Position numbers and translations under genes: made by a program
Notes under the pieces: model-generated
What the model saw: only the letters and a program-made list of their open reading frames with translations
The model's database searches: none
Told to the model about the DNA's origin: nothing
Part shown: one piece after another, positions 1-10,396 of the stretch
How positions within the stretch are numbered: position 1 is the stretch's first letter
Layout: each line of letters begins with the position of its first letter
Assembly: GCA_046483985.1 (NCBI GenBank)
Contig: JAWOCD010000115.1
Location: 18,584 to 82,583, forward strand
DNA length: 64,000 bases
Direction: 5' to 3'
Source: Promethearchaeia archaeon
GTDB taxonomy: Archaea > Asgardarchaeota > Lokiarchaeia > Sigyniarchaeales > SOKP01

Positions 1-1441
1 CTTCGAGTTTATCTTCGGGGGGATAAGAAACAGCACGCCATTTATTCTTTTCCCATTCTTCTCTCCATTCCCCTTCGTATTTCTCTTCGGGCCGTTTTTC
101 CATGGGGATCTCATCTTTTTGGGAATAAGGGTAAGGATGTCTGCGCCGGAGGCGAACGAAGTGACCATCGGGTGTCATCCCTCCAAGGGCACTTAAATCC
201 ATTGTTTCAAAATCTTCGCTCTCATCATTAAATGGATATTTCGTTGCAATCTTATAGACCTTCCAAGCGTAATCATCGTCCACAATATTTTTGGCCGTAA
301 CCAATAGCTGATATAATCGGGGCAAGAGCATCTCATTTATGAGCGTCAGATTTCTTGAATATTGGAATATGTTCTTAAAGTTATGAAAGTTGATAAATTC
401 TTTAAATTCTTTCTCATAATCTTCCTTAGCTTTTAGGAAAATCTCTCGAATATGATGCTTTTTATTATAGGATCTAATGGTTTGAAAGAGCTTAGATGGA
501 TCTTCAATTTGTTCGAGCTGAGTTTTAGAATATTTATCTCGAAAGTTTATCCATTGATATGTATGATAGGGAATTTCTTTCAATAGATAACGGGCATCGG
601 AATTTTTAATATTATAGATTTTAACATATTTAAAGGGAACCAGATCCACATTCACGCTTTCGATCTTTTCCGGGTGCTCCAAATAATATTTAATCGATTT
701 CCAATGGGCCATTCCAACAATCAACAAGATTCGATTGTACAATGGCATCATCCGCAATAAATTGGATGCCATATATTTCTCCCGTAAAATATCTTTTTCT
801 ATATGTTTTAATTTTTCATCACTTTTTTTTGGACCTCCTTTTCTTGATTGCTCTCGTTTTTTATATTTTTCAAGCGCTTTCTCGGTTTTTACTTGCTTTT
901 CTTCGGCTTGTTGTTGCATTTTTTTTTCTTTTTTCCTTCGAAGTATTACTTTTTCAAAATATTCTTGAAGCGATACTTTATCTTCAATCGTTAATTTTTG
1001 TTCACGGTATTGTCTATATTGAGCCTGGTTAGCGATAATTTTGTAAAACTGGGGTAATCCAATTTTATTGATTGAATAGTCATCGGGAAGTTTTCCGACT
1101 GGGGCTTTATAGGTTTTCAAGGATAAGTCAATAAATTCTACGGGAACATTATATTCTTGTCCCATTCGAATCCCTTCGATAATAGAATCAGAGGGGTCTA
1201 TTGGTATAAAATTTAATAACTCCGGGGAGAGACTATCGGCATAGGCAATGAGTGAAAGATAGGGGAGCCTATTAACCCCTTCTATAACTTCCTCACGGAT
1301 ATTACTCGGTAGCTCCACAGCGATAAGGTCTGGAAATACCTTAAAATAATTGGCACGAACTATTTTGGCGAATTCAACCCGCGAATGAAAGGTGGGAACA
1401 ACATAAATATTTTTATATTTTATAAAAGTCGGTTTGGTCAT
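1..1441 (-). CDS. Conserved hypothetical protein, 3'-truncated by the window edge. TraB/GumN-like N-terminus; probable partner of the adjacent MoxR ATPase.
   Basis: Not in the ORF track. Hand-translated from ATG at 1441: MTKPTFIKYKNIYVVPTFHSRVEFAKIVR...DLIAVELP. The same frame is open at the window start (...WRAVSYPPEDKLE). Confidence 0.7.
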   Translation of the reverse strand, partial: MTKPTFIKYKNIYVVPTFHSRVEFAKIVRANYFKVFPDLIAVELPSNIREEVIEGVNRLPYLSLIAYADSLSPELLNFIPIDPSDSIIEGIRMGQEYNVPVEFIDLSLKTYKAPVGKLPDDYSINKIGLPQFYKIIANQAQYRQYREQKLTIEDKVSLQEYFEKVILRRKKEKKMQQQAEEKQVKTEKALEKYKKREQSRKGGPKKSDEKLKHIEKDILREKYMASNLLRMMPLYNRILLIVGMAHWKSIKYYLEHPEKIESVNVDLVPFKYVKIYNIKNSDARYLLKEIPYHTYQWINFRDKYSKTQLEQIEDPSKLFQTIRSYNKKHHIREIFLKAKEDYEKEFKEFINFHNFKNIFQYSRNLTLINEMLLPRLYQLLVTAKNIVDDDYAWKVYKIATKYPFNDESEDFETMDLSALGGMTPDGHFVRLRRRHPYPYSQKDEIPMEKRPEEKYEGEWREEWEKNKWRAVSYPPEDKLE

Positions 1442-1511
1442 CTATCTCAAGCACTTCCCTTCAGTACTATGAAAATTAACGGAATGGGATTTCTCCTCCT
1501 TTTTTTTGAAA

Positions 1512-2402
1512 CTAAAACCGAAGTGCGTCTGGAATGTCAGATTCCTTTTCTTTAACTTTTACCTCTTCGTCAGGGCAAAATTGGATCGCGCTTTTTTCCA
1601 ACACTTTTTCTAAAGAACTCTTAAAATCCTCAATCACTAAATCTTTTGGGTTTTTCCCATGGAGTTTTTGATTCTTCATATAATACCTGATAATATTAAT
1701 CCCATCTCTGGCCACATAGGGTTGTTTTTTTTGATGAGATTTTTGTAAAAAGTCGGTGCAATATTCTACCACCTCTTTTGAAGCAAATGGCACATTATAT
1801 TTAAGGATCTCCATCTCATCAGCTTTATTGGGAAATTCCACATATATTTTGGGATTCAACCTCGATTGGATATATTCGGGGAGTTCATAGGTGCTGCTGT
1901 CGCTATTCATCGTCACACACATTCGAAAATCTTCATGAGCGTAAATCCGAATCCCTGCAATTATCGAATCAACATACCTCCTCCGATCCATTAGCGGCGC
2001 CAAGGAAGCCCAACTCTTCTCCGACATCCTATTGGCTTCATCGATGAGACAGACCCCGCCTTTTATCATTGCAGACACTAATGAGCTAGCTACATAGGTG
2101 ATTTTATTGTTACCCGAGATCACGGGACTTATCAATAGGTCTTCCGGTCGGGTATCCATAGTTGCTTGAAAAATATAAACTGGTTTTCCTAAACGCTTTC
2201 CAGTGGCGTATGCTAAAGTTGTTTTCCCGACACCCGGCTTACCCAAGATTCTTGGATTTAGAGGGATATCTCCTTCCTCAATAATCATCCATGCTGCTTT
2301 TAACATATCTACATAAGATTCATCCCCGATCCACTCTAGGTCAATATCTGCTGGTTCGGAAAGAGTCAGTTCTACTCCGGAAACCTTTACTTCTTCTGGC
2401 AT
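1512..2402 (-). CDS. MoxR-like AAA+ ATPase (AAA_5 type)
   Basis: Walker A GKPGVGKT, Walker B CLIDEANR, sensor region TMN...LPEYIQSRL. Confidence 0.85.
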   Translation of the reverse strand: MPEEVKVSGVELTLSEPADIDLEWIGDESYVDMLKAAWMIIEEGDIPLNPRILGKPGVGKTTLAYATGKRLGKPVYIFQATMDTRPEDLLISPVISGNNKITYVASSLVSAMIKGGVCLIDEANRMSEKSWASLAPLMDRRRYVDSIIAGIRIYAHEDFRMCVTMNSDSSTYELPEYIQSRLNPKIYVEFPNKADEMEILKYNVPFASKEVVEYCTDFLQKSHQKKQPYVARDGINIIRYYMKNQKLHGKNPKDLVIEDFKSSLEKVLEKSAIQFCPDEEVKVKEKESDIPDALRF

Positions 2403-2610
2403 TCTGATTCCACTCTTAAATCTTGCTGTTCAACTTAGAATAATTTATGTATCTTGATCATTATAAGAAAAATAAGAAATAAGAAATTTCGCATAAAGCC
2501 ATTTAACTTGTAAACAAAATTTTTTAAAAGGGCAAGAAGGATATTAAACATAAAAAATAAAACATTTTAATAATTCAATAATAGCTATATTAAACTGAGG
2601 TTTAAAGAGT

Positions 2611-3048
2611 ATGCAAAGTACTGAAGGAAAAATTGGAAGAGTTATTGTAGGCAAAGCAGAACCTGGGGAGGATTTAATCGATGTTGTCACGGAATTGGTG
2701 AAAAAGCATGAGATTAAAGGCGGGTTAATAAATATAATTGGAGCATTTGAAAAATTAACTATTGGATATTTCGATTTAGATACTCAAGAGTATCTCTATA
2801 AAACATTTGATGAAAATGTGGAACTCCTTCCAACGATGGGAAATATCTCGTATAATAAGGAAACCGGGGAACCTATCATTCATCTACATACAATGGTCGG
2901 AAAGAGCAATTATAGCATAATGGGCGGTCATTTAAGCCAGCCTTCGATAATCTCTGTCACCGGGGAAATTTTTATCTATGAATTTGACAAAAAAATCTAC
3001 CGCTCCGTGGATGAGAAGTTTGATCTTACTCTTCTGGATCTGGAGTAA
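2611..3048 (+). CDS. PPC/DUF296 domain protein
   Basis: Motifs GEDL, IGA, GNIS, IHLH, GGHL. Confidence 0.85.
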   Translation: MQSTEGKIGRVIVGKAEPGEDLIDVVTELVKKHEIKGGLINIIGAFEKLTIGYFDLDTQEYLYKTFDENVELLPTMGNISYNKETGEPIIHLHTMVGKSNYSIMGGHLSQPSIISVTGEIFIYEFDKKIYRSVDEKFDLTLLDLE

Positions 3049-3178
3049 GTTCAGACTCCCTTCTTAATGGAAAAATAAAATATAAAAAATGTGAATCATA
3101 GGTAATATTACCTAAACTATCATTGGAAAGGAAAAAAGAAAAAGATACTCAAGATATATATTTTTTCAGCAAGCTGAA

Positions 3179-3742
3179 ATGATCGGAGAATATAAAGGAA
3201 CCGTAAGTAATAAAGTAGTTATTGCCTTACTTCAAGCATATCACGATTTGCTTGATTTTGATGGGATGAGATCTATTTTGAAGGAGGCAGAAATGCGGGA
3301 ATTAATCCCAATTCGAGAGATTAATGCCAAAGAAAAGATCAGCTTTTTTAAGTTTAAAAAGATCATTTCGGCCCAGAATATGCTGCTCTATTGCGCTACC
3401 GACCTCCTGTATCAAATCGGGCTTAAATTCTCCTTTTATCTTTTCCCGTTCGGCGAGGGATTCGAATATATAATAAAACAAATTGATAAATTGATAAAAA
3501 CAGATTGGATTGTGGAAATTGTTGAAAAACGACGTAATTTTTTTAAGGTGAAAGTCAGAAATTGTGTTTTTTGTTCGGAGATCGGAGTTGATTGTAGCCT
3601 TTTTTATGGTTTTTTAGTGGATAGTCTCCGAAAATCATTACCAAGTAATTATGAAATATCCTATAAAGTTAAAGGAGAGCATTTAGCTCCCAACGAGTCG
3701 GGACATAATAATTTTACTATTATTCTTAGTATTAATCCATAA
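3179..3742 (+). CDS. V4R (4-vinyl reductase)-like domain protein
   Basis: LYQIG helix followed by RNCVFC...DCSLFYGFL, a V4R-type Cys pattern. Confidence 0.6.
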   Translation: MIGEYKGTVSNKVVIALLQAYHDLLDFDGMRSILKEAEMRELIPIREINAKEKISFFKFKKIISAQNMLLYCATDLLYQIGLKFSFYLFPFGEGFEYIIKQIDKLIKTDWIVEIVEKRRNFFKVKVRNCVFCSEIGVDCSLFYGFLVDSLRKSLPSNYEISYKVKGEHLAPNESGHNNFTIILSINP

Positions 3743-3911
3743 TCAGAATTTATAAATACTACAAAATAGAAAGATTAACTAGAAAGAGTTTTCATATCAA
3801 ATCTTTAAAAAATAGATTAAAAAATTAAATACATCAAAAATTAATTATAAAACATAAGAATATTGTAAAAAGAACTATACTTTACTATTTTCATATAAAA
3901 ATTAAAATTAG

Positions 3912-4475
3912 GTGAAAAAAACTGTGGGAAATACCGAATTACGCGAGTTTGTATTTAAAATAGTTATTCTCGGTGACGCAGCAGTTGGAAAAACCTCGCT
4001 TATTAACCAGTATATTGAGGAATCCTTCAGCGAATCATATAAACCAACTTTAGGTGCGAATATCGTGAGGAAGGATGTGATGTTGGACGAGATGGACGCT
4101 AAGGTCCGTTTGATTATGTGGGACCTAGCTGGCCAAGAAAAGTATTCTGTGATTAGATCTATGTACTTCCAAGGCTGTGTAGGTGCATTATTAGTCTACG
4201 ATGTCACACGATTTAATACTTACGAAACCATTAATTCTCGTTGGTTAAAAGATTTTCAAAAATACGTGAAAAAGGAGGGAGCCTATATCCTTATTGGAAA
4301 TAAGATAGATTTGGAAGATAAGCGAGTAGTGAGTCTTGAACAAGGAGAAACTCTTGCAAATGAGATTAACGCAAGTGACTTTATAGAAACCAGTGCAAAA
4401 AATGGCGATAATGTAGAAAAAGCGTTCAAAAATTTAGTTCTTAAAATTCTGAAAAATGTAGAAGGAATCGATTAA
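3912..4475 (+). CDS. Rab-like small GTPase (start possibly GTG at 3924)
   Basis: G1 GDAAVGKT, G3 WDLAGQE, G4 NKID, G5 TSAK. No C-terminal Cys motif. Confidence 0.92.
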   Translation: MKKTVGNTELREFVFKIVILGDAAVGKTSLINQYIEESFSESYKPTLGANIVRKDVMLDEMDAKVRLIMWDLAGQEKYSVIRSMYFQGCVGALLVYDVTRFNTYETINSRWLKDFQKYVKKEGAYILIGNKIDLEDKRVVSLEQGETLANEINASDFIETSAKNGDNVEKAFKNLVLKILKNVEGID

Positions 4476-4761
4476 TTCCTCCAGATACATTTTGTAAGTT
4501 TGCTATTCTTTCTTTTGAAAATAAATTTCCTTTTTGATAAATCCTTTGTGAAGATCTGTTTTTAATCTTTTTATAGATACTTACATTTCCTCCGGATTTC
4601 TAATAATTAGATGTCATTTAAAAACGAGATCTGATCGATTCGTTAATTCATAAGTGCACGGGAACCTATTTTAGAGACCAAGAATAAAAGTGAAGGATTT
4701 CTAAGAGCGGATATAATTTACCATAAGGAAATTTTAAATCAATTAAGGTCTATATTAAAAT

Positions 4762-5913
4762 ATGAAAGAGTTGAATCGAAAAGTAAAACAAGCGCCCCGT
4801 TCACAAATTCGTGAATTATTTGATCTTGCCGCGGGAAGGAGCAACGTCATAAGTCTCGGGATCGGCCAACCTGATTTCGATACCCCCGAACCAGCAATTC
4901 AAGGAAACATTGAAGCCCTAAAGTCTGGCATTACCACGTATGCTCCAACAAAAGGGGTTCCGGAATTACTGCAGTTGGTGGAAAATAAATTAGAAACTAC
5001 CAACAATATTAACTGTGATTGGGAGCAAAATATAATCATCACGAACGGAGGAAGCCAAGCCATTACTCTTGCTTATGCTTCCATTTTTAATCCAGGCGAT
5101 GATCTGCTCCTTTTTTCACCGAATTTTCTCTCATACTATTACTGTAGTCTCTTCTACGGGGTAAAAACAATTGAAATTGAACGAAACCATGATTTTAGCC
5201 CGAATATTGAACAATTAAAAAGTTCAATTACAGAGAACACGAAAGCCCTTTTAATTAATTCTCCGAATAATCCCACTGGGTACGCCTTTAACAAAGAGGA
5301 ATTAAAAATACTGGTTGATATAGTGAAGGATAATGACTTGTATCTCATAACTGATGAGGTCTATGAAAATTATTATTATGATAGACTCGAACATCTGAGC
5401 CCGGCGTCCTTGGATGGGATGTTTGACCGAACTATTACTGTAAATGCAATGAGTAAATTATACTCCGCAACTGGATTTCGATTAGGATATGCGGTGGCGA
5501 GAAAGGAAATTCTGGATTTAATGGAAAAATACCACCAATACACAGTTGCAGGTACGAACCACGCTGCGCAATACGGGTTTATTGAAGCGCTTAAAATGGA
5601 TACTAGCTTTTTTGATGATATTGTCCAGCGATATGAAGAGCGCAGAGATTTTGTTTACCAACGACTTAAGGAGATGGATTTTGATGTGATTAGGCCCCGA
5701 GGCGCCTTTTATATTATGCCCTCCGTAAAAAAGTTTGGAATTACAGGTGCAGAATTTTCGGAAAAGCTTATGAAATCTAAGGCTGTTGCTGTAGTACCAG
5801 GAGAAATATTCGGCTCATCGGCTGAAGATAGAATACGTGTATCCTACGCGCTTGAGAAACCAAAATTAGCAGAAGCAATGGACAGAATTGAAAGCTTTAT
5901 TCAATCCTTATAA
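4762..5913 (+). CDS. PLP-dependent aminotransferase, class I/II (aspartate aminotransferase family)
   Basis: NSPNNPTG, DEVY, SKLYSATGFRLG. Confidence 0.9.
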   Translation: MKELNRKVKQAPRSQIRELFDLAAGRSNVISLGIGQPDFDTPEPAIQGNIEALKSGITTYAPTKGVPELLQLVENKLETTNNINCDWEQNIIITNGGSQAITLAYASIFNPGDDLLLFSPNFLSYYYCSLFYGVKTIEIERNHDFSPNIEQLKSSITENTKALLINSPNNPTGYAFNKEELKILVDIVKDNDLYLITDEVYENYYYDRLEHLSPASLDGMFDRTITVNAMSKLYSATGFRLGYAVARKEILDLMEKYHQYTVAGTNHAAQYGFIEALKMDTSFFDDIVQRYEERRDFVYQRLKEMDFDVIRPRGAFYIMPSVKKFGITGAEFSEKLMKSKAVAVVPGEIFGSSAEDRIRVSYALEKPKLAEAMDRIESFIQSL

Positions 5914-5934
5914 CATAAATTCTTATCTATTTTT

Positions 5935-8214
5935 TTATTTATAGAAATCCGCTTTTACTTCTTGAATATTTCGTGATTCAGTGATTTCTTTCGCCATTTG
6001 TTCGTAACGTTCAATCATACCGGAGGTCAACGTAGATTGAATTTTTTCCATCGCTTTTTCAAAATACTTGTATTCAATTTTAGAGAGTTCAGTCATTTTA
6101 TCACGGATTGCCTCCATTCCAGCTTCACGGCATAAGTTTTCTATGTCAGCACCGCTAAATCCTCCCGTTTTGCGGGCTATCTTTTTTAAAGAGATATTTT
6201 CGGCCAGAGGCATATCTCGTGTATGAACTTTTAGTATCTTTACTCGCGCTTCAAAATCAGGTGCATCAACATAAATTAATCGATCAAACCGCCCTGGGCG
6301 TAATAAGGCCGCATCCACCATATCTGGTCGGTTGGTGCTGGCAATAACCACAATTCCTTGCCTTTTCTCAATTCCATCAAGCTCGACTAAGATTTGATTT
6401 ACGATCGAAGCAAATGTTTGGGTGTTTTGATACTCGCTTCTGCCAGTTGTAACCGCATCGATTTCATCAAAATAAATAATAGATGGAGCCGCTTGTCGGG
6501 CTTTTCGAAAGATCTCCCGCACAGTCTTTTCACTTTCTCCTACCCACTTTGAGAAGATTTCAGGACCTTTAATAGATATAAAATTAGATTCACTTTCGGT
6601 TGCTACCGCTTTAGCGAGTAAAGTCTTCCCACAGCCTGGCGGGCCAAATAACAGAATTCCGTTTAATGGTCGAATTCCCGCCTTTTTAAATAATTTTGAA
6701 TATTTTAATGGCCATTCTACCGCTTCTATCAGTTCATCCTTTGTTTCTTCTAACCCCCCTATTTCATTCCATTCCACATTCGGCACTTCTACCATAACTT
6801 CTCGCATCGCGCTGGGATCCACCATATTTATTGCTTGCAAGAAGTCTTCGCTTTTAATATTTAGTTCTTGAATCACAGTACTGGGGATGGGTTCGTCTAA
6901 ATTTATTTTAGGTAAAATTCGCCGTAACGCAAACATTGCAGCCTCTCGACAAACAGCCATAATATCTGCTCCTACAAATCCATGACTAATCTCTGCGTAA
7001 TGGTCAAGATCCACATCTATTTCTAAAGGCATTCCTCTCGTATGAATCTGGAAAATCTCCTTTCGGGCGTTAGTATTGGGAACTTCAAATTCAATTTCAC
7101 GATCGAATCGTCCGGGTCTCCTCAAAGCTTCATCAATTGAATTGATTCTATTGGTAGCACCTATGCAGATTACCTCTCCCCTCCCTCGGAGTCCGTCTAA
7201 GAGAGATAATAATTGAGACACGACCCTTCTTTCAACCTCTCCGGTAACATTCTCTCTTTTGGGAGCAATTGAATCTATCTCATCAATAAAGATAATAGAT
7301 GGGGCATTCTCCTCCGCCTCATTAAATAACTCTCTAAGGCGTCCTTCACTGGCACCATAAAACTTAGACATTATTTCGGGTCCATTAATGGAAATAAAAT
7401 AAGCGTTTGACTCTTGGGAAACTGCTTTCGCCATTAAGGTCTTTCCAGTTCCGGAAGGTCCGTGGAATAATACTCCCTTTGGTGGGTCAATGTTCAAACG
7501 ATGAAATAATTCGGGATGCTTTAGAGGTAATTCAATCATTTCCCTTATCCTTTGAATCTCATCAGTTAGTCCTCCTACGTCATCATATGTGACGATTTCC
7601 CCTGAAACATTTAAAACAGCGACCCTTTTATTAATTTTAATAGATGTACTTTTTGAAATCTTCACAATCTGATTACTTGGTTTTGCGTTTTCAACAATTA
7701 AGCGAAGTGTCCCTCCGAGAGTTGTTCTTTTTGATCCTTTTTGGGGAAATGGCAACATCTTCATTATTTCATCAAATGGACTACCATCGTCCTTTTTTAC
7801 AAAAGACCCCGTGATATCAACGATATCGCCGACCACTATTGGCTTGTCAAAAAGTTTTCCTTTAATCAATTCTGCTTGTTTTTTAATGTCTCCAATTGGT
7901 TTCGTGGGAGTTAGAACTACTTCTTCCGCAGGATAAACTGTGGCTAATTTCACGGTAACATATTCACCGATGGTTGCGCCAGCATTTAATCTATCGATAC
8001 CCCCTAACGAGATAGTACCCTTTCCTTTATCTTCCATACTTGCAACTGCAATACCCGCAGTCATCTTTTTCCCGTGAATCTCCACTATATCTCCTGTACT
8101 AATCTTTAACTCTTTCATAACATTCGCATCGATATAGAATAAACGGCGCCCACTTCGGCTTTTATCTAACCGTTCAATTTTCAATTTAACATTTTCTTCT
8201 TGATCTTTCGACAT
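5935..8214 (-). CDS. cdc48: CDC48/VCP/p97 family AAA+ ATPase
   Basis: N-domain plus two AAA domains ([16 protein letters not shown]; RRPGRFD, LRPGRFD). C-terminal FYK is an HbYX motif. Likely start MSKDQ at 8214. Confidence 0.95.
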   Translation of the reverse strand: MSKDQEENVKLKIERLDKSRSGRRLFYIDANVMKELKISTGDIVEIHGKKMTAGIAVASMEDKGKGTISLGGIDRLNAGATIGEYVTVKLATVYPAEEVVLTPTKPIGDIKKQAELIKGKLFDKPIVVGDIVDITGSFVKKDDGSPFDEIMKMLPFPQKGSKRTTLGGTLRLIVENAKPSNQIVKISKSTSIKINKRVAVLNVSGEIVTYDDVGGLTDEIQRIREMIELPLKHPELFHRLNIDPPKGVLFHGPSGTGKTLMAKAVSQESNAYFISINGPEIMSKFYGASEGRLRELFNEAEENAPSIIFIDEIDSIAPKRENVTGEVERRVVSQLLSLLDGLRGRGEVICIGATNRINSIDEALRRPGRFDREIEFEVPNTNARKEIFQIHTRGMPLEIDVDLDHYAEISHGFVGADIMAVCREAAMFALRRILPKINLDEPIPSTVIQELNIKSEDFLQAINMVDPSAMREVMVEVPNVEWNEIGGLEETKDELIEAVEWPLKYSKLFKKAGIRPLNGILLFGPPGCGKTLLAKAVATESESNFISIKGPEIFSKWVGESEKTVREIFRKARQAAPSIIYFDEIDAVTTGRSEYQNTQTFASIVNQILVELDGIEKRQGIVVIASTNRPDMVDAALLRPGRFDRLIYVDAPDFEARVKILKVHTRDMPLAENISLKKIARKTGGFSGADIENLCREAGMEAIRDKMTELSKIEYKYFEKAMEKIQSTLTSGMIERYEQMAKEITESRNIQEVKADFYK

Positions 8215-8326
8215 TTTTAAATTCCACAGAATTGAGAAAAACACTTAATTTTTTGATATTCTAATGTAAAAAAGTAACCATTGCTTATTTTATTTTGCGT
8301 TATTGAATATTAGAAACGAGAGGATT

Positions 8327-9145
8327 TTATCCTTCGTTGATCTCTATACTTAATATTTTTCTTAAATAGTTTTTAAATCTAGCAGATATATTAGAGACTT
8401 CAAAAGGCTCATTAATATGTTCCTTAACAAACCTTTTTCTGAGTTTTAGAAGTTTAGCCTTTTTTTTCTTGTTTCGGTTCTTTTGTAGGAGTTCTCCAAT
8501 GATTTTTCTTGTTTTTTCCTCTAAAGTCTCATTAAATCGTTGGTTATTCGCTTTTTCTTTATCTATGGGTTCCTTCTTGTTTGGCCCAAGGGTTAGCTCT
8601 TTTTTTATTTTGTTCATTAATTCTTCATAGTTGATCTCGATTTTTTGTGCACGTTCCATATTGATCTTCAAAATTGGTTCTTCCCAAGAATAATTAGTGA
8701 AAGAATCAAATTTCTGGTTGATATCTATAATTAAATCGTTAGGAATGGGCTCCCCACGCGCTTTATTCCATTCTAAACAAGTTTCTAAAGGGGTATTCAT
8801 ATGAATTATGAAAGCTTTTTTATTTAATTGGTTAGCAATGGATTTTAAATCACGCCGCATACTAGTATAATAATTTAAGTCATCAGAAATAACAATCTTT
8901 CCTTTTTTGAGTTCTTTTTCAACCTTTTTTAGGTTTAATTCTCGAACCTCTGATTCTTTTTCAAAATCAAAAGTTCCAGGGGCTATTTCTTCCCTTATCT
9001 TGTCTGGATCAACAATACTGATCTCTTTATTAGGCTTCTCTGTATCTTCCTCCAAATATTTCTTTAATTCTTCACTAAAAGTGGATTTACCTGAGGCGGG
9101 CAATCCAGTTACAATCACTAAAAAATTAGGAATTTTTTCCTTCAT
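8327..9145 (-). CDS. pstK: L-seryl-tRNA(Sec) kinase (PSTK) / KTI12-like P-loop kinase
   Basis: GLPASGKST, DDLNYYTSMRR, CLEWNKARG..IP and a basic C-terminal helical domain. Confidence 0.7.
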   Translation of the reverse strand: MKEKIPNFLVIVTGLPASGKSTFSEELKKYLEEDTEKPNKEISIVDPDKIREEIAPGTFDFEKESEVRELNLKKVEKELKKGKIVISDDLNYYTSMRRDLKSIANQLNKKAFIIHMNTPLETCLEWNKARGEPIPNDLIIDINQKFDSFTNYSWEEPILKINMERAQKIEINYEELMNKIKKELTLGPNKKEPIDKEKANNQRFNETLEEKTRKIIGELLQKNRNKKKKAKLLKLRKRFVKEHINEPFEVSNISARFKNYLRKILSIEINEG

Positions 9146-9155
9146 GTCATTTATT

Positions 9156-9425
9156 TTAATTCTTAGACATTTTTTTGGTTAATTCTTTTTTTCTTGCTTT
9201 TGAAAAAGATTTAATCTCCATTTCTCTTTTCATAGCAGCACTACGATCCATATATGTTTCAAAGTATCTCAATTCTATTTTTTCTTTTCCCCGACAATAT
9301 TTGGCACCTTGCCCACTTTTATGCTCTTTTATTCGCCGGAGCAGATTATTGGTGTAACCTGTATAAAATGTCGTTTTTCCGTTTTTTGCTGTAGTTTCTA
9401 AGATATATACGTAAAAAACCGACAT
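9156..9425 (-). CDS. GIY-YIG nuclease family protein (UPF0213)
   Basis: YVYIL...FYTGYTNN...R..EH..G.GAKY...AMKRE. Confidence 0.9.
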   Translation of the reverse strand: MSVFYVYILETTAKNGKTTFYTGYTNNLLRRIKEHKSGQGAKYCRGKEKIELRYFETYMDRSAAMKREMEIKSFSKARKKELTKKMSKN

Positions 9426-9622
9426 CTTCTCTATCTTATATTAATATTTTAAATATTTATTTTTTTAGGAGTTCCTCCGAAGTTATGTGAAATAATGAAT
9501 TAGCAAATAATTAAAAATTTGGAACTATTTTTAAAAAACTATAAAATTTCGTGCATATTTATTTATCTTAATTAAGAAAATTATAATCAGATTAAGTAAT
9601 ACTCATTTATAGGTGCATTAAT

Positions 9623-10267
9623 ATTCCTCGCGGGATCTTTTTGATAAAATGGAGTGATATCGTTGGAGGTACAGTGTATATGAAATATCCGGAAGACTTA
9701 GAGATCCCAGAGAATGTAGTTCAGCAGATACAAATATCACACGATTTCATTGAATCAAACATAACCATCAAGGAGGAGAATTGGAATTCTTTATCCTATT
9801 CGAATGAAAATAAAGAGATAGTTAGTGTTTTAGTATTGGACCGGTTTGATGAGGCTTCGGACTATAAATCAATTTTAGAAGAATTTAGTAATGAATTAGA
9901 CATGGATTTAACAGAAGAGGAACTGGAGGAGCGATTGGAAAAGTTTTTTAAATCAAGTTTGAATGCTTTTCGGGCCAGAGACGAGGTGATATCTAAGCTC
10001 AGTAATGAACTGGCAGATTTGAAAAACTTTGAATATGAAATCAATAAGAAAATTGAATTTCTCACTTCCAAGAAATTTCTTGATGTTAAAACTAAGATAA
10101 TGCTTCTTTTATTAATCCATGAGGAGTTAAGTTTTGACCACATTAAAGCCAGAATAGAGACCAGCGAGAGATGGCTCACAAAAGTGATAAAAAAGCTGGA
10201 GAGAATGGATTTAATTGATTCACATAAGAGGAAAGATGAAGATAAAAAGTACTACCTTACTTTCTGA
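9623..10267 (+). CDS. Asgard uDENN/longin-like N-domain + coiled coil + C-terminal winged HTH. Start either ATT 9623 or TTG 9641.
   Basis: (I)PRGIFLIKWSDIVGGTVYMKYP at the N-terminus; C-terminal ELSFDHI...LTKVIKKLERMDLI wHTH pattern. Confidence 0.5.
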   Translation: MPRGIFLIKWSDIVGGTVYMKYPEDLEIPENVVQQIQISHDFIESNITIKEENWNSLSYSNENKEIVSVLVLDRFDEASDYKSILEEFSNELDMDLTEEELEERLEKFFKSSLNAFRARDEVISKLSNELADLKNFEYEINKKIEFLTSKKFLDVKTKIMLLLLIHEELSFDHIKARIETSERWLTKVIKKLERMDLIDSHKRKDEDKKYYLTF

Positions 10268-10396
10268 TTATTTTCAACATAAGGGATGAAATACTTATTT
10301 TGTTATGAAATCTTTATCTATCTAACTTAATTTAATCTTAAAATTGTATTAGGAATTAGCCTAATTGAATTCAAAAAACTAATTGTGTGAGCCAAT

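Noticed and set aside
735-1032. Short + strand ORFs, and similar antisense ORFs throughout (e.g. 13869, 28220, 30197, 35146, 42169, 48447, 50576)
   Set aside because: They are shadows of well-supported genes on the opposite strand or in another frame, with no motifs.
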